A DNA stretch of 64,000 nucleotides from Eledone cirrhosa. Taxonomy: Eukaryota. The notes beneath the pieces were generated by a model. That model was not told the DNA's origin, ran no database searches, and worked only from the letters and a program-made list of their open reading frames with translations. The stretch spans positions 8,246,001-8,310,000 of the forward strand of contig OZ024741.1 in assembly GCA_964016885.1 (NCBI GenBank), read 5' to 3'. Positions 15,001 to 29,320 of this stretch are shown piece after piece (the first letter of the stretch is position 1; every line of letters starts with the position of its first letter). The translations under genes were made by a program, and so were the position numbers.

Positions 15001-18000
15001 TCTCCATTTATGACAGTGGGGTTAACAACCCTCGTCAGTACTCTCCATTCCTGTCAGTGGGGGTTTCATCCCCCGCCAGTACTCTCTATTTCTGACAGTG
15101 GGGCTAACAAGCCTCGTCAGTACTCTCCATTTCTGACAGTGGAGCTTACAACCTTCGCCAGTACTCTCCATTTCTGAACGCGGGGTTAACAACCCTCGTC
15201 AGAATTCTCCATTTCTGACAGTGGGGCTAACAACCCCCGCCAATACTTTCCATTTCTGACAGTGGGGCTAACAACCGTCGCCAGTACTCTCCATTTCTGA
15301 CAGTGGGGTTAACAACCGTCTCCAGTACTCTCCATTTCTGACAGTGGGTCTAACAACCCTCGTCAGTACTCTCCATTTCTGACAGTGGGGGTAACAACCC
15401 CCGTCAGTACTCTCCATTTCTGACAGTGGGGCTAACAACAATCGTCAGTACTCTCCATTTCTGACAGTGGGGCTAACAACCCCCGTCAGTACTCTCCATT
15501 TCTGACAGTGGGGCTAACAACCCCCGGCAGTACTCTCCATTTCTGACAGTGGGGCTAACAACCACCGTCAGTACTCTCCATTTCTGACAGTGGGGCTAAC
15601 AACCCCCGGCAGTACTCTCCATATCTGACAGTGGGGCTAACAACCCTCGCCATATACTCTCCATTTCTGATAGTGGGGTTAACAACGCTTGCCAGTACTC
15701 TCCTTTTCTGATAGTGGGGCTAACAACAATCGCCAGTACTCTCAATTTCTGACAGTGGGCTAACAACCATCGCCAGTACTCTCCATTTCAGACAGTGGTG
15801 TTAACAACCCCCGTCACTACTCTCCATTTCTGACAGTGGTGTTAACAACCCCCGTCACTACTCTCCATTTCTGATAGTGGTGTTAACAACCCCCGTCACT
15901 ACTCTCCATTTCTGACAGTGGTGTTAACAACCCCCGCCACTACTCTCCATTTCTGACAGTGGGGCTAACAACGCTCGCCAGTACTCTCCTTTTGCTGACA
16001 GTGGAGTTCAAAACCCTAGCCAGTACTCTCTATTTCTGACAGTGGGGTTAACAAGCCCCGTGAGTACTCTCCATTTCTGACAGTGGGGTTAACAACCCCG
16101 GTCAGTACTCTCCATTTCTGACAGTGGGAATAACAACCCTCGCCAGTACTCTCCATTTATGACATTGGGGCTAACAAGCCCCGTCAGTACTCTCCATTTC
16201 TGACAGTGGGGCTGACAACCCTCGTCAGTACTCTCCATTTCTGACAGTGCGGTTAACAACCCTCGTCAGTACTCTCCATTTATGACAGTGGGGTTAACAA
16301 CCCTCGCCAGTACTCTCCATTTCTTTCAGTGGGGTTAACAACCATCGCCAGTACTCTCCATTTCTGACATTGGGGCTAACAATCTTCGCCAGTACTCTCC
16401 ATTTCTAACAGTGGGGCTAACAACCCTCGCCAGTACTCTCCATGTCTGACAGTGGGGCTAACAACCCTCGCCAGTACTCTCCATTTCTGACAGTGGAACT
16501 AACATCCTTCGCCAGTACTCTCCATTTCTGACAGTGGGGCTAATACCCCTTGCCAGTACTCTCCATTTCTGACAGTGGGGCTAACAACCCTCGCCTGTAC
16601 TCTCCATTTCTGACAGTGGGTCTAACAACCCCCGCCAGTACTCTCCATTTCTGACAGTGGGTCTAACAACCTCCGCCAGAACTCTCCATTTCTGACAGTG
16701 GGTCTAACAACCCCCGCCAGTACTCTCCATTTCTGACAGTGGGTCTAACAACCTCCGCCAGAACTCTCCATTTCCGACAGTGGGTCTAAAACCCTCGCCG
16801 GCACTCTCCATTTCTGACAGTGGGTCTAACAACCGCCGCCAGTACTCTCCATTTCTAACAGTGGGGCTAACAACCACCGTCAGTACTCTCCATTTCTGAC
16901 AGTGGGCTAACAACACTCGTCAGTACTCTCCATTTCTGACAGTGGTGTTAACAACCCTCGTCAGTACTCTCCATTTCTGACAGTGGGGCTAACACCCCTC
17001 GACAGTACTCTCCATTTCTGACAGTGGGGCTAACAACCCTCGTCAGTACCCTCCATTTCTGACAGTGGAGCTAACAACCTTCGCCAGTACTCTCCATTTC
17101 TAACAGTGGGGCTAACAACCCTCGCCAGTACTCTCCATGTCTGACAGTGGGGCTAACAACCCTCGCCAGTACTCTTCATTTCTGACAGTGGAGCTAACAT
17201 CCCTCGCCAGTACTCTCCATTTATGACAGTGGGGCTAACAACCCTTGCCAGTACTCTCCATTTCTGACAGTGGGGCTAATAACCCTCGCCTGTACTCTCC
17301 TTTTCTGACAGTGAGTCTAACAACCCCCGCCAGTACTCTCCATTTCTGACAGTGGGTCTAAAAACCTCCGCCAGTACTCTCCATTCATGACGGTGGGTCT
17401 AACAACCCCCGGCAGTACTCTCCATTTCGGACAGTGGGTCTAAAACCCTCGCCGGCACTCTCCATTTCTGACAGTGGGTCTAACAACCCCCACCAGTACT
17501 CTCCATTTCTAACAGTGGGGCTAACAACCACCGTCAGTACTCTCCATTTCTGACAGTGGGCTAACATCCCTCGCCAGTACTCTCCATTTCTGACAGTGGG
17601 GTTAACAACCCTCGTCAGTACTCTCCATTCCTGACAGTGGGGTTATCATCCCCCGGCAGTACTCTCCATTTCTGACAGTGGGGCTAACAACCCTCGTCAG
17701 TACTCTCCATGTCTGACAGTGGTGTTAACAACCCTCGTCAGTACTCTCCATTTCTGACAGTGGGGCTAAGACCCCTCGACAATACTCTCCATTTCTGACA
17801 GTGAGGCTAACAACCCTCGTCAGTACTCTCCATTTCTGACAGTGGAGCTAACACCCCTCGCCAGTAGTCTCCATTTCTGACAGTGGGGCTAACACCCCTC
17901 GCCAGTAGTCTCCATTTCTGACAGTGGGGCTAACAACCCTCGTCAGTACTCTCCATTTCTGACAGTGGGGCTAACACCCCTCGCCAGTAGTCTCCATTTC

Positions 18001-21000
18001 TGACAGTGGGGCTAACACCCCTCGCCAGTAGTCTCCATTTCTGACAGTGGAGCTAACACCCCTCGCCAGTAGTCTCCATTTCTGACAGTGGTGTTAACAA
18101 CCCTCGTCAATACTCTCCATTTCTGACAGTGGGGCTAACACCCCTCGCCAGTAGTCTCCATTTCTGACAGTGGGGCTAACAACCTTCGCCAGTACTCTCC
18201 ATTTCTGACAGCGGGTTTAACAACCCTCGTCAGAATTCTACATTTCTGACAGTAGGGCAAACAATCCCCGCCAATACTTTCCATTTCTGACTGGGTCTAA
18301 CAACCCTCGTCAGTACTCTCCATTTCTGACAGTGGGGTTAACAACCCTCGTCAGCACTCTCCATTTCTGACAGGGGGGCTAACAACCCCGGTCAGTACTC
18401 TCAATTTCTGACAGTGTGTCTAACAAGCCCCGCTAGTACTCTCCATTTCTGACAGTGTGTCTAACAAGACCCACCAGTACTCTCCATTTCTGAGAGTGGG
18501 GCTAACAAACCACGCCAGTACTCCCAATATTTCTGACAGTGGATCAAAACAACCCCCGGCAGTACCCTCTATTTCTAACAGTGGGTCTAACCACACTCGC
18601 CAGTACTCTCCATTTCTGACAGTGGGTCTGACAACCCCCGCCAGTACTCTCCATTTCTGACAGTGGGTCTAACAAGCCCCGCCAGTACTCTCCATTTCTG
18701 ACAGAGTGTCTAACAACCCCCGCCAGTACTCTCCATTTCTGACAGTGGGTCTAACAACCCCCGCCATTACTCTCCATTTCTGACAGTGTGTCTAACAAGC
18801 CCCGCTAGTACTCTCCATTTCTGACAGTGTGTCTAACAAGACCCGCCAGTACTCTCCATTTCTGAGAGTGGGGCTAACAAACCACGCCAGTACTCCCAAT
18901 ATTTTTAACAGTGGGTCAAACAACCCCCGCCAGTACCCTCCATTTCTGACAGTGGGTCTAACAACCCCCGCCAGTACTCTCCATTTCTGACAGTGGTGTT
19001 AACAACCCCCGCCACTACTCTCCATTTCTAACACTGGGTCTAACAACCCCCGCCAGTACTCTCCATTTCTGACAGTGGGGCTAACAACCACCGTCAGTAC
19101 TCTCCATTTCTGACAGTGGGCTAAAACCCTCGCCAGTACTCTCCATTTATGACAGTGGGGTTAACAACCGTCGTCAGTACTCTCCATTCCTGTCAGTGGG
19201 GGTTTCATCCCCCGCCAGTACTCTCCATTTCTGACGGTGGGGCTAACAAGCCTCGTCAGTTCTCTCCATTTCTGACAGTGGAGCTTACAACCTTCGCCAG
19301 TACTCTCCATTTCTGAACGCGGGGTTAACAACCCTCGTCAGAATTCTCCATTTCTGACAGTGGGGCTAACAACCCCCGTCAGTACTCTCCATTTCTGACA
19401 GTGGGGCTAACAACCGTCCTCAGTACTCTTCATTTCTGACAGTGGGATTAACAACCCTCGTCAGTACTCTCCATTTCTTACAGTGGGGTTAACAACCCTG
19501 GACAGTACTCTCCATTTCTGACAGTGGAGCTCACAACCCTCGCCAGTACTCTCCATTTCTGACAGTGGGGCTAACAACCCCCGGCAGTACTCTCCATTTC
19601 TGACAGTGGGACTAACAACCCCCGTCAGTACCCTCCATTTCTGACAGTGGGTCTAACAACCCCCGCCAGTACTCTCCATTTCTGACAGTGGGGTTAACAA
19701 CCTCCGTCAATACTCTCCATGTGTGACAGTGGGACTAACAATCCCCGTCATTACTCTCCATTTCTGACAGTGGGCTAACAACCATCGCCAGTACTCTCCA
19801 TTTCTGACAGTGGGGTTAACAATCCCCGTCATTACTCTCCATTTCTGACAGTGAGCTAACAACCATCGCCAGTACTCTCCATTTCTGACAGTGGTGTTAA
19901 CAACCCCCGTCACTACTCTCCATTTCTGACAGTGGTGTTAACAACCCCCGTCATTACTCTCCATTTCTGACAGTGGTGTTAACAACCCGCGCCACTACTC
20001 TCCATTTGTGACAGTGGGGCTAACAACGCTCGCCAGTACTCTCCATTTCTGACAGTGGAGCTCAAAACCCTAGCTGGTACTCTCTATTTCTGACAGTGGG
20101 GTTAATAACCCCCGTCAGTACTCTCCATTTCTGACAGTGGGGTTAACAACCCCGGTCAGTACTCTCCATTTCTGACAGTGGGCTAACAACCCTCGCCAGT
20201 AGTCTCCATTTCTGACATTGGGGCTAACAAGCCCCGTCAGTACTCTCCATTTCTGACAGTGGGGATGACAACCCTCGTCAGTACTCTCCATTTCTGACAG
20301 TGGGGTTAACAACCCTCGTCAGTACTCTCCATTTATGACAGTGGGTTTAACAACCCTCGTCAGTACTCTCCATTTCTGACAGTGGGGTTAACAACCATCG
20401 CCAGTACTCTCCATTTCTGACATTGGGGCTAACAATCCTCGCCAGTACTCTCCATTTCTAACAGTTGGGCTAACAACCCTCGCCAGTACTCTCCATGTCT
20501 GACAGAGGGGCTAACAACCCTCGCCAGTACTCTCCATTTCTGACAGTGGAGCTAACATCCCTCGCCAGTACTCTCCATTTCTGACAGTGGGGCTATACCC
20601 CTTGCCAGTACTCTCCATTTCTGACAGTGGGGCTAACAACCCTCGCCTGTACTCTCCATTTCTGACAGCGGGTCTAACAACCCCCGCCAGTACTCTCCAT
20701 TTCTGACAGTGGGTCTAACAACCCCCGGCAGTACTCTCCATTTCTGACAGTGGGTCTAAAACCCTCGCCGACACTCTCCATTTCTGACAGTGGGTCAAAC
20801 AACCCCCGCCAGTACTCTCCATTTCTAACAGTGGGGCTAACAACCACCGTCAGTACTCTCCATTTCTGACAGTGGGCTAACATCCCTCGCTAGTACTCTC
20901 CATTTCTGACAGTGGGGTTAACAACCCTCGTCAGTACTCTCCATTCCTGACAGTGGGGTTATCATCCCCCGGCAGTACTCTCCATTTCTGACAGTGGTGT

Positions 21001-24000
21001 TAACAACCCTCGTCAGTACTCTCCATTTCTGACAGTGGGGCTAAGACCCCTCGACAATACTCTCCATTTCTGACAGTGAGGCTAACAACCCTCGTCAGTA
21101 CTCTCCATTTCTGACAGTGGAGCTAACAACCTTCGCCAGTACTCTCCATTTCTAACAGTGGGGCTAACAACCCTCGCCAGTACTCTCCATTTCTGACAGT
21201 GGAGCTAACATCCCTCGCCAGTACTCTCCATTTCTGTCAGTGGGGCTAACACCCCTTGCCAGTACTCTCCATTTCTGACAGTGGGTCTAACAACCCCCGC
21301 CAGTACTCTCCATTTCTGACAGTGGGTCTAACAACCCCCGCCAGTACTCTCCATTTCTGACAGTGTGTCTAACAAGCCCCGCTAGTACTCTCCATTTCTG
21401 ACAGTGGGGCTAACAAACCACGCCAGTACTCCCAATATTTCTGACAGTGGGTCAAACAACCCCCGCCAGTACCCTCCATTTCTGACAGTGGGTCTAACAA
21501 CCCCCGCCAGTACTCTCCATTTCTGACAGTGGGGTTAACAACCCTCGTCAGTACTCTCCATTCCTGTCAGTGGGGGTTTCATCCCCCACCAGTACTCTCC
21601 ATTTCTGACAGTGGGGCTAACAAGCCTCGTCAGTACTCTCCATTTCTGTCAGTGGAGCTTACAACCTTCGCCAGTACTCTCCATTTCTGAACGCGGGGTT
21701 AACAACCCTCGTCAGAATTCTCCATTTCTGACAGTAGGTCTAACAACCCCCGCCAGGACTCTCCATTTCTGACAGTGGGGTTAACAACCGTCGCCAGTAC
21801 TCTCCATTTCTGACAGTGGGGTTAACAACCGTCTCCAGTACTCTCCATTTCTGACAGTGGGGTTAACAACCCCCGTCAGTAATCTCCATTTCTGACAGTG
21901 GGGCTAACACCCCTTGTCAGTACTCTCCATTTCTGACAGTGGGGCTAATAACCCTCGCCAGTATTCTCCATTTCTGACAGTGGGTCTAAGAACCCCCGCC
22001 AGTACTCTCCATTTCTGACAGTGCGGCTAACACCCCTTGTCAGTACTCTCCATTTCTGACAGTGGGGCTAACACCCCTTGTCAGTACTCTCCATTTCTGA
22101 CAGTGGGTCTAACAACCCCCGCCAGTACTCTCCATTTCTGACAGTGGGTCTAACAACCCCCGCCAGTACTCTCCATTTCTGACAGTGGGTCTAACAACCC
22201 CCGCCAGTACTCTCCATTTCTGACATTTGGTCTAACAACCCCCGCCAGTACTCTCCATTTCTGACAGTGGGGCTAACAACCCCCGTCACTACTCTCCATT
22301 TCTGACAGTTGGTCTAACAACCCCCGCCAGTACTCTCCCTTATTGACAGTGGGTCTAACAACCCCCGCCAGTACTCTCCATTTCTGACAGTTGGTCTAAC
22401 AACCCCCGCCAGTACTCTCCATTTCTGACAGTGGGTCTAACAACCCCCGCCAGTACTCTCCATTTCTGACAGTGGGTCTAACAACCCCCGCTAGTACTCT
22501 CCATTTCTGACAGTGGGGCTAACAAACCACGCCAGTACTCCCAATATTTCTGACAGTGGGTCTAACAACCCCCGCCACTACTCTCCATTTCTGACAGTGG
22601 GTCTAACAACCCCCACCAGTACTCTCCATTTCTGACAGTGGGTCTAACAACCCCCGCCACTACTCTCCATTTCTGACAGTGGGTCTAACAACCCCCGCCA
22701 GTACTCTCCATTTCTGACAGTGGGTCTAACAACCCCCGCCACTACTCTCCATTTCTGACAGTTGGTCTAACAACGCCCGCCAGTACTCTCCATTTCTGAC
22801 AGTGGGGCTAACAACCCCCGTCACTACTCTCCATTTCTGACAGTTGGTCTAACAACCCCCGCCAGTACTCTCCATTTCTGACAGTTGGTCTAACATCCCC
22901 CGCCAGTACTCTCCATTTCTGACAGTGGGTCTAACAACCCCCGCTAGTACTCTCCATTTCTGACAGTGGGGCTAACAACCCCCGCCAGTACTCTCCATTT
23001 CTGACAGTGGGTCTAACAACCCCCGCCAGTACTCTCCATTTCTGACAGTGGGTCTAACATCCCCCGCCAGTACTCTCCGTTTCTGACAGTGGGTCTAACA
23101 ACCCCCGCTAGTACTCTCCATTTCTGACAGTGGGGCTAACAACCCCCGCCAGTACTCTCCATTTCTGACAGTGGGTCTAACAACCCCCGCCAGTACTCTC
23201 CATTTCTGACAGTGGGGCTAACAACCACCGTCAGTACTCGCCATTTCTGACAGTGGGCTAAAACCCTCGCCAGTACTCTCCATTTATGACAGTGGGGTTA
23301 ACAACCCTCGTCAGTACTCTCCATTCCTGTCAGTGGGGGTTTCATCCCCCGCCAGTACTCTACATTTCTGACAGTGGCGCTAACAAGCCTCGTCAGTACT
23401 CTCCATTTCTGACAGTGGAGCTTACAACCTTCGCCAGTACTCTCCATTTCTGAACGCAGGGTTAACAACCCTCGTCAGAATTCTCCATTTCTGACAGTGG
23501 GGCTAACAACCCCCGCCAATACTTTCCATTTCTGACTGGGTCTAACAACCCTCGTCAGTACTCTCCATTTCTGACAGTGGGGCTAACAACCCCCGTCAGT
23601 ACTCTCCATTTCTGACAGTGGGGCTAACAACCCTCGTCAATACTCTCCATTTCTGACAGTGGGGTTAACAACCCCCACCAGTACTCTTCATTTCTGACAG
23701 TGGGGCTAACAACCCTCGCCAGTACTCTCCATTTCTGACAGTGTGGCTAACAACCCTCGCCAGTACTCTCCATTTCTGACAGTGGGGCTAACAACCCTCG
23801 CCAGTACTCTCCATTTCTGACAGTGGGGCTAACAACCAACGCCAGTACTCTCCATTTCTGACAGTGGGGCTAACAACCCTCGCCAGTACTCTCCATTTCT
23901 GACAGTGGGGCTAACAACCAACGCCAGTACTCTCCATTTCTGACAGTGGGGCTAACAACCAACGCCAGTACTCTTCATGTCTGACAGTGGGGCTAACAAC

Positions 24001-24392
24001 TCCCGCCAGTACTCTCCATTTCTGACAGTGGGGCTAACAACCCCCGCCAGTACTCTCCATGTCTGACAGTGGGGCTAACAACCAACGCCAGTACTCTCCA
24101 TTTCCGACAGTGGGGCTAACAACCAACGCCAGTACTCTCCATTTCCGACAGTGGGGCTAACAACCAACGCCAGTACTCTCCATTTCCGACAGTGGGGCTA
24201 ACAACCAACGCCAGTACTCTCCATTTCCGACAGTGGGGCTAACAACCCCCGCCAGTACTCTCCATGTCTGACAGTGGGGCTAACAACCCCCGCCAGTACT
24301 CTCCATGTCTGACAGTGGGCCTAACAACCCCTGCCAGTACTCTCCATTTCTGACAGTGGGCCTAACAACCCCCGCCAGTACTCTCCATGTCT
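1..24392. repeat. 41-bp tandem satellite, about 595 monomers, open at the left window edge
   Basis: Consensus GACAGTGGGGCTAACAACCCTCGCCAGTACTCTCCATTTCT; period read directly (GACAGT at 1 and 42). All ORFs in this span are repeat translations. Confidence 0.98.
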
Positions 24393-24459
24393 CCAGGGGT
24401 TGTTAACTGTCAGGCTAAATCATTTCTGTAACTTGTTTAGTCAAAATACGGCGATAGCT

Positions 24460-26340
24460 TACACACACATATATATATACATACACACACATATATATTT
24501 ACATACACACACATATATATATACATACACACACATATATATATACATACATACACATATATATATATATACATGCATACACATGTATAATCGGTGCACG
24601 TTGTATACACTCACACAAACACACACACATCTATATATTTATATGAGTGCGTGTATTTGTGAGTGTGTCTGTGTGAGTGTTTATGAGAGAGAGTCTGTGA
24701 GTGTGTGTGAGAGAGTGTCTGTGAATGTGTGTGAGTGTGTGTGAGAGAGTGTATGAGAGAGTGTAAGAGAGAGTGTGCGTGAGTGTGTGTGAGAGAGTGT
24801 ATGTGAATGTGTGTATGAGTGTGTATGAGAAAGTGTGTGAGAGTGTATATGAGAGAGTATGTGTGAGAGAATGTATGAGAGAGTATGTATGAGAGTGTAT
24901 GTATGAGAGAGTGTGTGAGAGTATGTATGAGAGAGTGTGTGAGAGTGTGTGAGAGAGTGTGAGAGAGTGTGTGAGAGAGTATGTATGGGAGAGTGTGTGA
25001 GAGAGTGTGTGTGAGAGTGTATGAGAGTATTATGAGAGAGTGTGTGAGAGTGTATGAGAGCGTGTGTGAGAGTGTGTGAGAGAGTGTGAGAAAGTGTGTG
25101 AGAGTGTGTGTGAGAGTGTGTGAGAGAGTGTGTGTGAGAGTGTGTGAGAGTATGTATGTGAGAGTGTGTGAGAGAGAATATATGAGAGAGTGTGAGAGAG
25201 AGTGTGTGAGAGTGTGTGTGAGAGAGTGTGTATGAGAGAGAGTGTGAGTGTGTGTGTGAGAGAGTATGAGAGAGTGTGTGAGAGAGTGTGTGAGAGTATG
25301 TATGAGAGAGTGTGTGAGAGTGTGTGTGAGAGAGTGTGTGAGAGAGTGTGTATGAGAGAGTGTGTGAGAGTATGTATGAGAGAGTGTGTGAGAGTATGTA
25401 TGAGAGAGTGTGTGAGAATGTGTGTGTGAGAGTGTGAGAGAGTGTGTGTGAGAGAGTATGAGAGAGTGTGTGTGTGTGAGAGTGTGAGAGAGTGTGTGTG
25501 AGAGAGTGTGTGAGAGTGTGTGAGAGAGTGTGAGAAAGTGTGTGTGAGAGAGTGTGTGAGAGTGTGTGTGTGAGAGTGTGAGAGAGTGTGAGAGAGTGTG
25601 TGTGAGAGAGTGTGTGAGTGTATGAGAGTGTGTGAGAGAGTGTGTGAGAGTGTGTGAGAGAGTATGAGAGAGTGTGTGTGTGTGACAGTGTGAGAGAGTG
25701 TGTGTGAGAGAGTGTGTGACAGTGTGAGAGAGTGTGTGAGAGTGTGTGAGGAAAGTGTGTGTGAGAGAGTGTGTGAGAGTGTGTGTGAGAGAGTGTGAGA
25801 GAGTATGAGAGAGTGTGTGTGTGACAGAGTGTGAGAGAGTGTGTGAGAGAGTGTATGAGAGAGTGTGTGTGAGAGAGTGTGAGAGTGTGTGTGAGAGAGT
25901 ATGTATGAGAGAGCGTGTGAGAGAGTGTGAGAGAGTGTGAGAGTGTGTGTGAGAGAGTATGTATGAGAGAGCGTGTGAGAGAGTGTATGAGAGAGAATAT
26001 ATGAGAGAGTGTGTGAGAGAGTGTATGAGAGAGTGTGAGAGAGTGTATGAGAGAGTGTATGAGAGAGTGTGAGAGAGTGTGTGTGAGAGAGTGTGTGAGA
26101 GTGTGTATGAGAGTATCAGAGAGTGTGTGAGAGAGTGTATGAGAGAGTGTGAGAGAGTGTATGAGAGAGTGTGAGAGAGTGTGTGTGAGAGAGTGTGTGA
26201 GAGTGTGTATGAGAGTATGAGAGAGTGTGTGAGAGAGTGTATGAGAGAGTGTGAGAGAGTGTATGAGAGAGTGTATGAGAGAGTGTGTGTGAGAGAGTGT
26301 GTGAGAGTGTGTATGAGAGTATGAGAGAGTGTGTATGTAT
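24460..26340. repeat. Compound (CA/TA) then degenerate (GA/GT) microsatellite tract
   Basis: gagagtgt-type low complexity; explains the 594-aa HTLS ORF. Confidence 0.95.
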
Positions 26341-26604
26341 TTGTCCAGTGTTAAAGCACCATTTGTTAACAAACAATCAACGCCATATTTGCTATAATTC
26401 CAGACATGAATCTTTCCTGGAAACTGGAGAACGAAATGAAATCTAATTTTCCAAAAGGAAATCAATAAATATAGATAAAAACTGATCGTCTGCCATATAA
26501 TCCCACAATGACGCTATTTTCAACTGGATGTTGTCACGTACGATGACAGTTGATGTTCTTCTTGGAAATATTTCACTGAAAAAATTAAACAATGAGATAA
26601 ACGG

Positions 26605-27150
26605 AATAAATGAAACAAAATTTCATTTCTCACTCTTAGTACGGCTGTTACTTAAATATAAGTATGTATACGTACATACATATATGTATACAGACGTACA
26701 GTAGTATGTATATATATACATACATGCACACATATATATATATGTACGTATGGATTCACCGAACATTTATTATAATGCTCGGTGTGTAACCCACTCGATA
26801 TGCAAATTAGTCTGCTCAGCCGTTAATATGCATAAGGAAAGTATATACTTTCAGACGTTCAATCATCTGGCAGGAAGGTATACGGTGCTGACGATAGCTA
26901 ATAAGCTTGAAACTAGTACATCGTTCCTTTGTTAGTGATGAACAAAAGGGCAACGATGGCTGCTAAACACTGTACGGCTTAATTCGGGCTGTTTGTTTAC
27001 AAACACACCGAGCATTATAATAAATGTTCGGTAAATCCATGTGTACATATATATATATATATGTGCATGTATGTATATATATATATACATACTACTGTAC
27101 GTCTGTATACATATATGTATGTACGTATACATACTTATATTTAAATGAGA
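26605..27150 (+). mobile_element. Hammerhead-bearing non-autonomous retroelement (family A) with inverted 5' segment
   Basis: 26605-26786 is the reverse complement of the downstream part of the unit; homologous to the 466-bp unit at 43013-44980 and to 55812-56295. Confidence 0.8.
26882..26924 (+). ncRNA. Minimal type I hammerhead ribozyme (family A)
   Basis: ACGGTG-CTGACGA-T-AGCT aata AGCT-T-GAAA-CTAGTA-CATCGT; stem I ACGGTG/CATCGT, palindromic stem III ACTAGT, GUA site. Confidence 0.8.
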
Positions 27151-27204
27151 TAAACATAACTTTAAATAAATTCTAGAATGTTTTATAACAGTTACAGTAA
27201 ACAT

Positions 27205-28394
27205 GTCTGTCTATGTGTGTGTGTATGTGTGTGTGTGTGTGTATACGTGTGTATGTGTATGTGTGTGTATGTGTGTATATGTGTGTGTATGTGTGCATGT
27301 GTGTGTGTATGTGTGTGTGTAAGTGTGTGTGTGTCTGTATTTGTGTGTGTGTGTGTATGTGTGTGTATTTTTGTATGTGTGTGTGTGCATATATATGGGT
27401 GCATATATGTGTATTTGTGTGTATGTGTGTGTGTGTATTTGTGTATTTGTGTGTGTGAATATATAAATGTATGTGTGTGTATTTGTAAAATATGTGTGTA
27501 TGTGTATATGTGTATATCTATATGTGTGCGTATATGTGTGTATGTGTATGTGTATATGTGTGTGTATGTGTATATCTATATGTGTGTGTATATGTATATA
27601 TATATATACATGTGTGTGTGTGTGTGTATGTGAATGTGAATATGTGCGTATGTGTATATGTGTGTATATGTATATATATATATGTGTGTGTGAGTGTGTG
27701 AATGTGTATGTGTATATGTGTATATATGTACATATATATGTGTGTGTGAGTGTGTGTATGTGTATGTGGATATGTGTGTATGTGTATGTGAATATGTGTG
27801 TATGTGTATATGTGTGTATATGTATATATATGTGTGTGTGTGAGTGTGTATATGTATATATATGTGAGTGTGTGTATGTGTATGTGAATATGTGTATATA
27901 TGTGTATATGTACATATATATGTGTGTGAGGGAGTGTGGTAATCTGTATATATATGTGAGTGTGTGTGTGTGTGTATGTAGATATGTGTGAGTGTGGTAA
28001 TCTGTATATATATGTGAGTGTATGAGTGTGTATGTGGATATGTGTGTGTGTGAGTGTGGTAATCTATATATATATGTGAGTGTGTGTGTGTGTATGTCGA
28101 TATGTGTGTATATGTACATATATATATGTGTGTGTGTGTGTATGTGTATGTGGATATGTGTGTATGTGTATGTGAATATGTGTGTATGTGTATATGTGTG
28201 TATATGTATATATAAGAGTGTGTGTGAGTGTGTATATGTATAAATATGTGTGTGTGTGTGAGTGTGGTAATCTATATATTTGATGAAGGAAGGATTTTTT
28301 GACATCATCAATTTTCTGTTATTACTCGATTAAATTATATTGTTGCAGTTGTGTGTGCGTGTGTGTGTGTGTGTGTGTATGTGTGTGTGTGTGT

Positions 28395-28438
<44 letters not shown>

Positions 28439-28911
28439 ATATATATATATATGCATATATACATATGTAAGCACGCATATATATAGGGAGAGAGGGGGGA
28501 TAAGAGGGTAGAGAGAGAATGAAAGAGAGAGAGGAGGAGAAGAGAGAGAGGAGGACAAGAGAGAGAGAGGATAAGAAGAGGGGAGGGATAGAATGAGAGA
28601 GAGAGAGAGAGAGAGGAGGAGAAGAGAGAGAGGAGGACAGGAGAGAGAGAGGATAAGAAGAGGGGAGAGAGAGAATGAGTGAGAAATCTAATGCGTGAAT
28701 TATTTGTGAAATAGTTCAATTTAGGCGGGAAATGATCGTCTGCTTGGAAAGCAGAAGAGAAACGAGCTGAGCATGACTTCAGCAATTAGAGTTAACATGC
28801 AAAGATAGGCAGACATCTTGGAATGACTACTCAATATATAGTGAGAGAAAGAGGGGAGATATATACATACATACATACATACATACATACATACATACAT
28901 ACATACATACA

Positions 28912-28942
<31 letters not shown>

Positions 28943-28990
28943 GTACATATGTATGTACATACATAAATACATACATAAATACATACTTAT
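27205..28990. repeat. Compound (GT/AT), (GA) and (CATA)n microsatellites
   Basis: Low-complexity runs seen directly. Confidence 0.95.
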
Positions 28991-29004
28991 ATATATACAT
29001 ACAT

Positions 29005-29320
29005 TATGATGATGGCTGCCCCCTCGTTATCGAGTATGGCCATTGCACGATATACCATTATTAATAATTATTAATTAATTCTATCGTGCAATGCCTGTGC
29101 GTGAAGATATTTTTTAAAGTGAGGAAAGACTGTGCACTGAGCCAATCCCACTCCCTGAGAGACAGTAGCTATAACCTGAAAAGAGGAAAAGATCAACATC
29201 ATCGGTAACTACTGAGCCGCAGGTTTTATATCGGAGTTATCCCAGTTTCATGATTTGCCTTCTCCTAGAAGAATGCCCTGACAAGGGATAGGGGTCCTTC
29301 ACTCCCAGTGGTTTAACCGC
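29005..29320 (-). mobile_element. Diverged short RTE-derived element (5'UTR part plus 3' tip)
   Basis: Resembles the RTE 3' tip at 31081 (atggctgcc..tcgagtatggcca) and the RTE 5'UTR at 34735-34935 (aatgcctgtg, cccactc, tcaacatcat, ccttctcctagaa, tgacaagg). Confidence 0.6.

Noticed and set aside
2049-20883. Short ORFs in the satellite (RNGEYWRGLL..)
   Set aside because: Translations of a 41-bp unit that cycle through all frames.
1-24392. CRISPR-like alternation of conserved and variable segments
   Set aside because: The variable halves are point variants of one sequence rather than unique spacers; no cas genes; eukaryotic context.
26340-26470. Possible minus-strand exon after a pyrimidine tract and AG
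   Set aside because: No convincing donor site and no recognisable protein similarity.
24681-28785. Long His/Thr/Leu/Ser and Cys/Val/Tyr ORFs
   Set aside because: Microsatellite artefacts, as are those at 35.5, 39.3, 48.4 and 57.6-59.3 kb.
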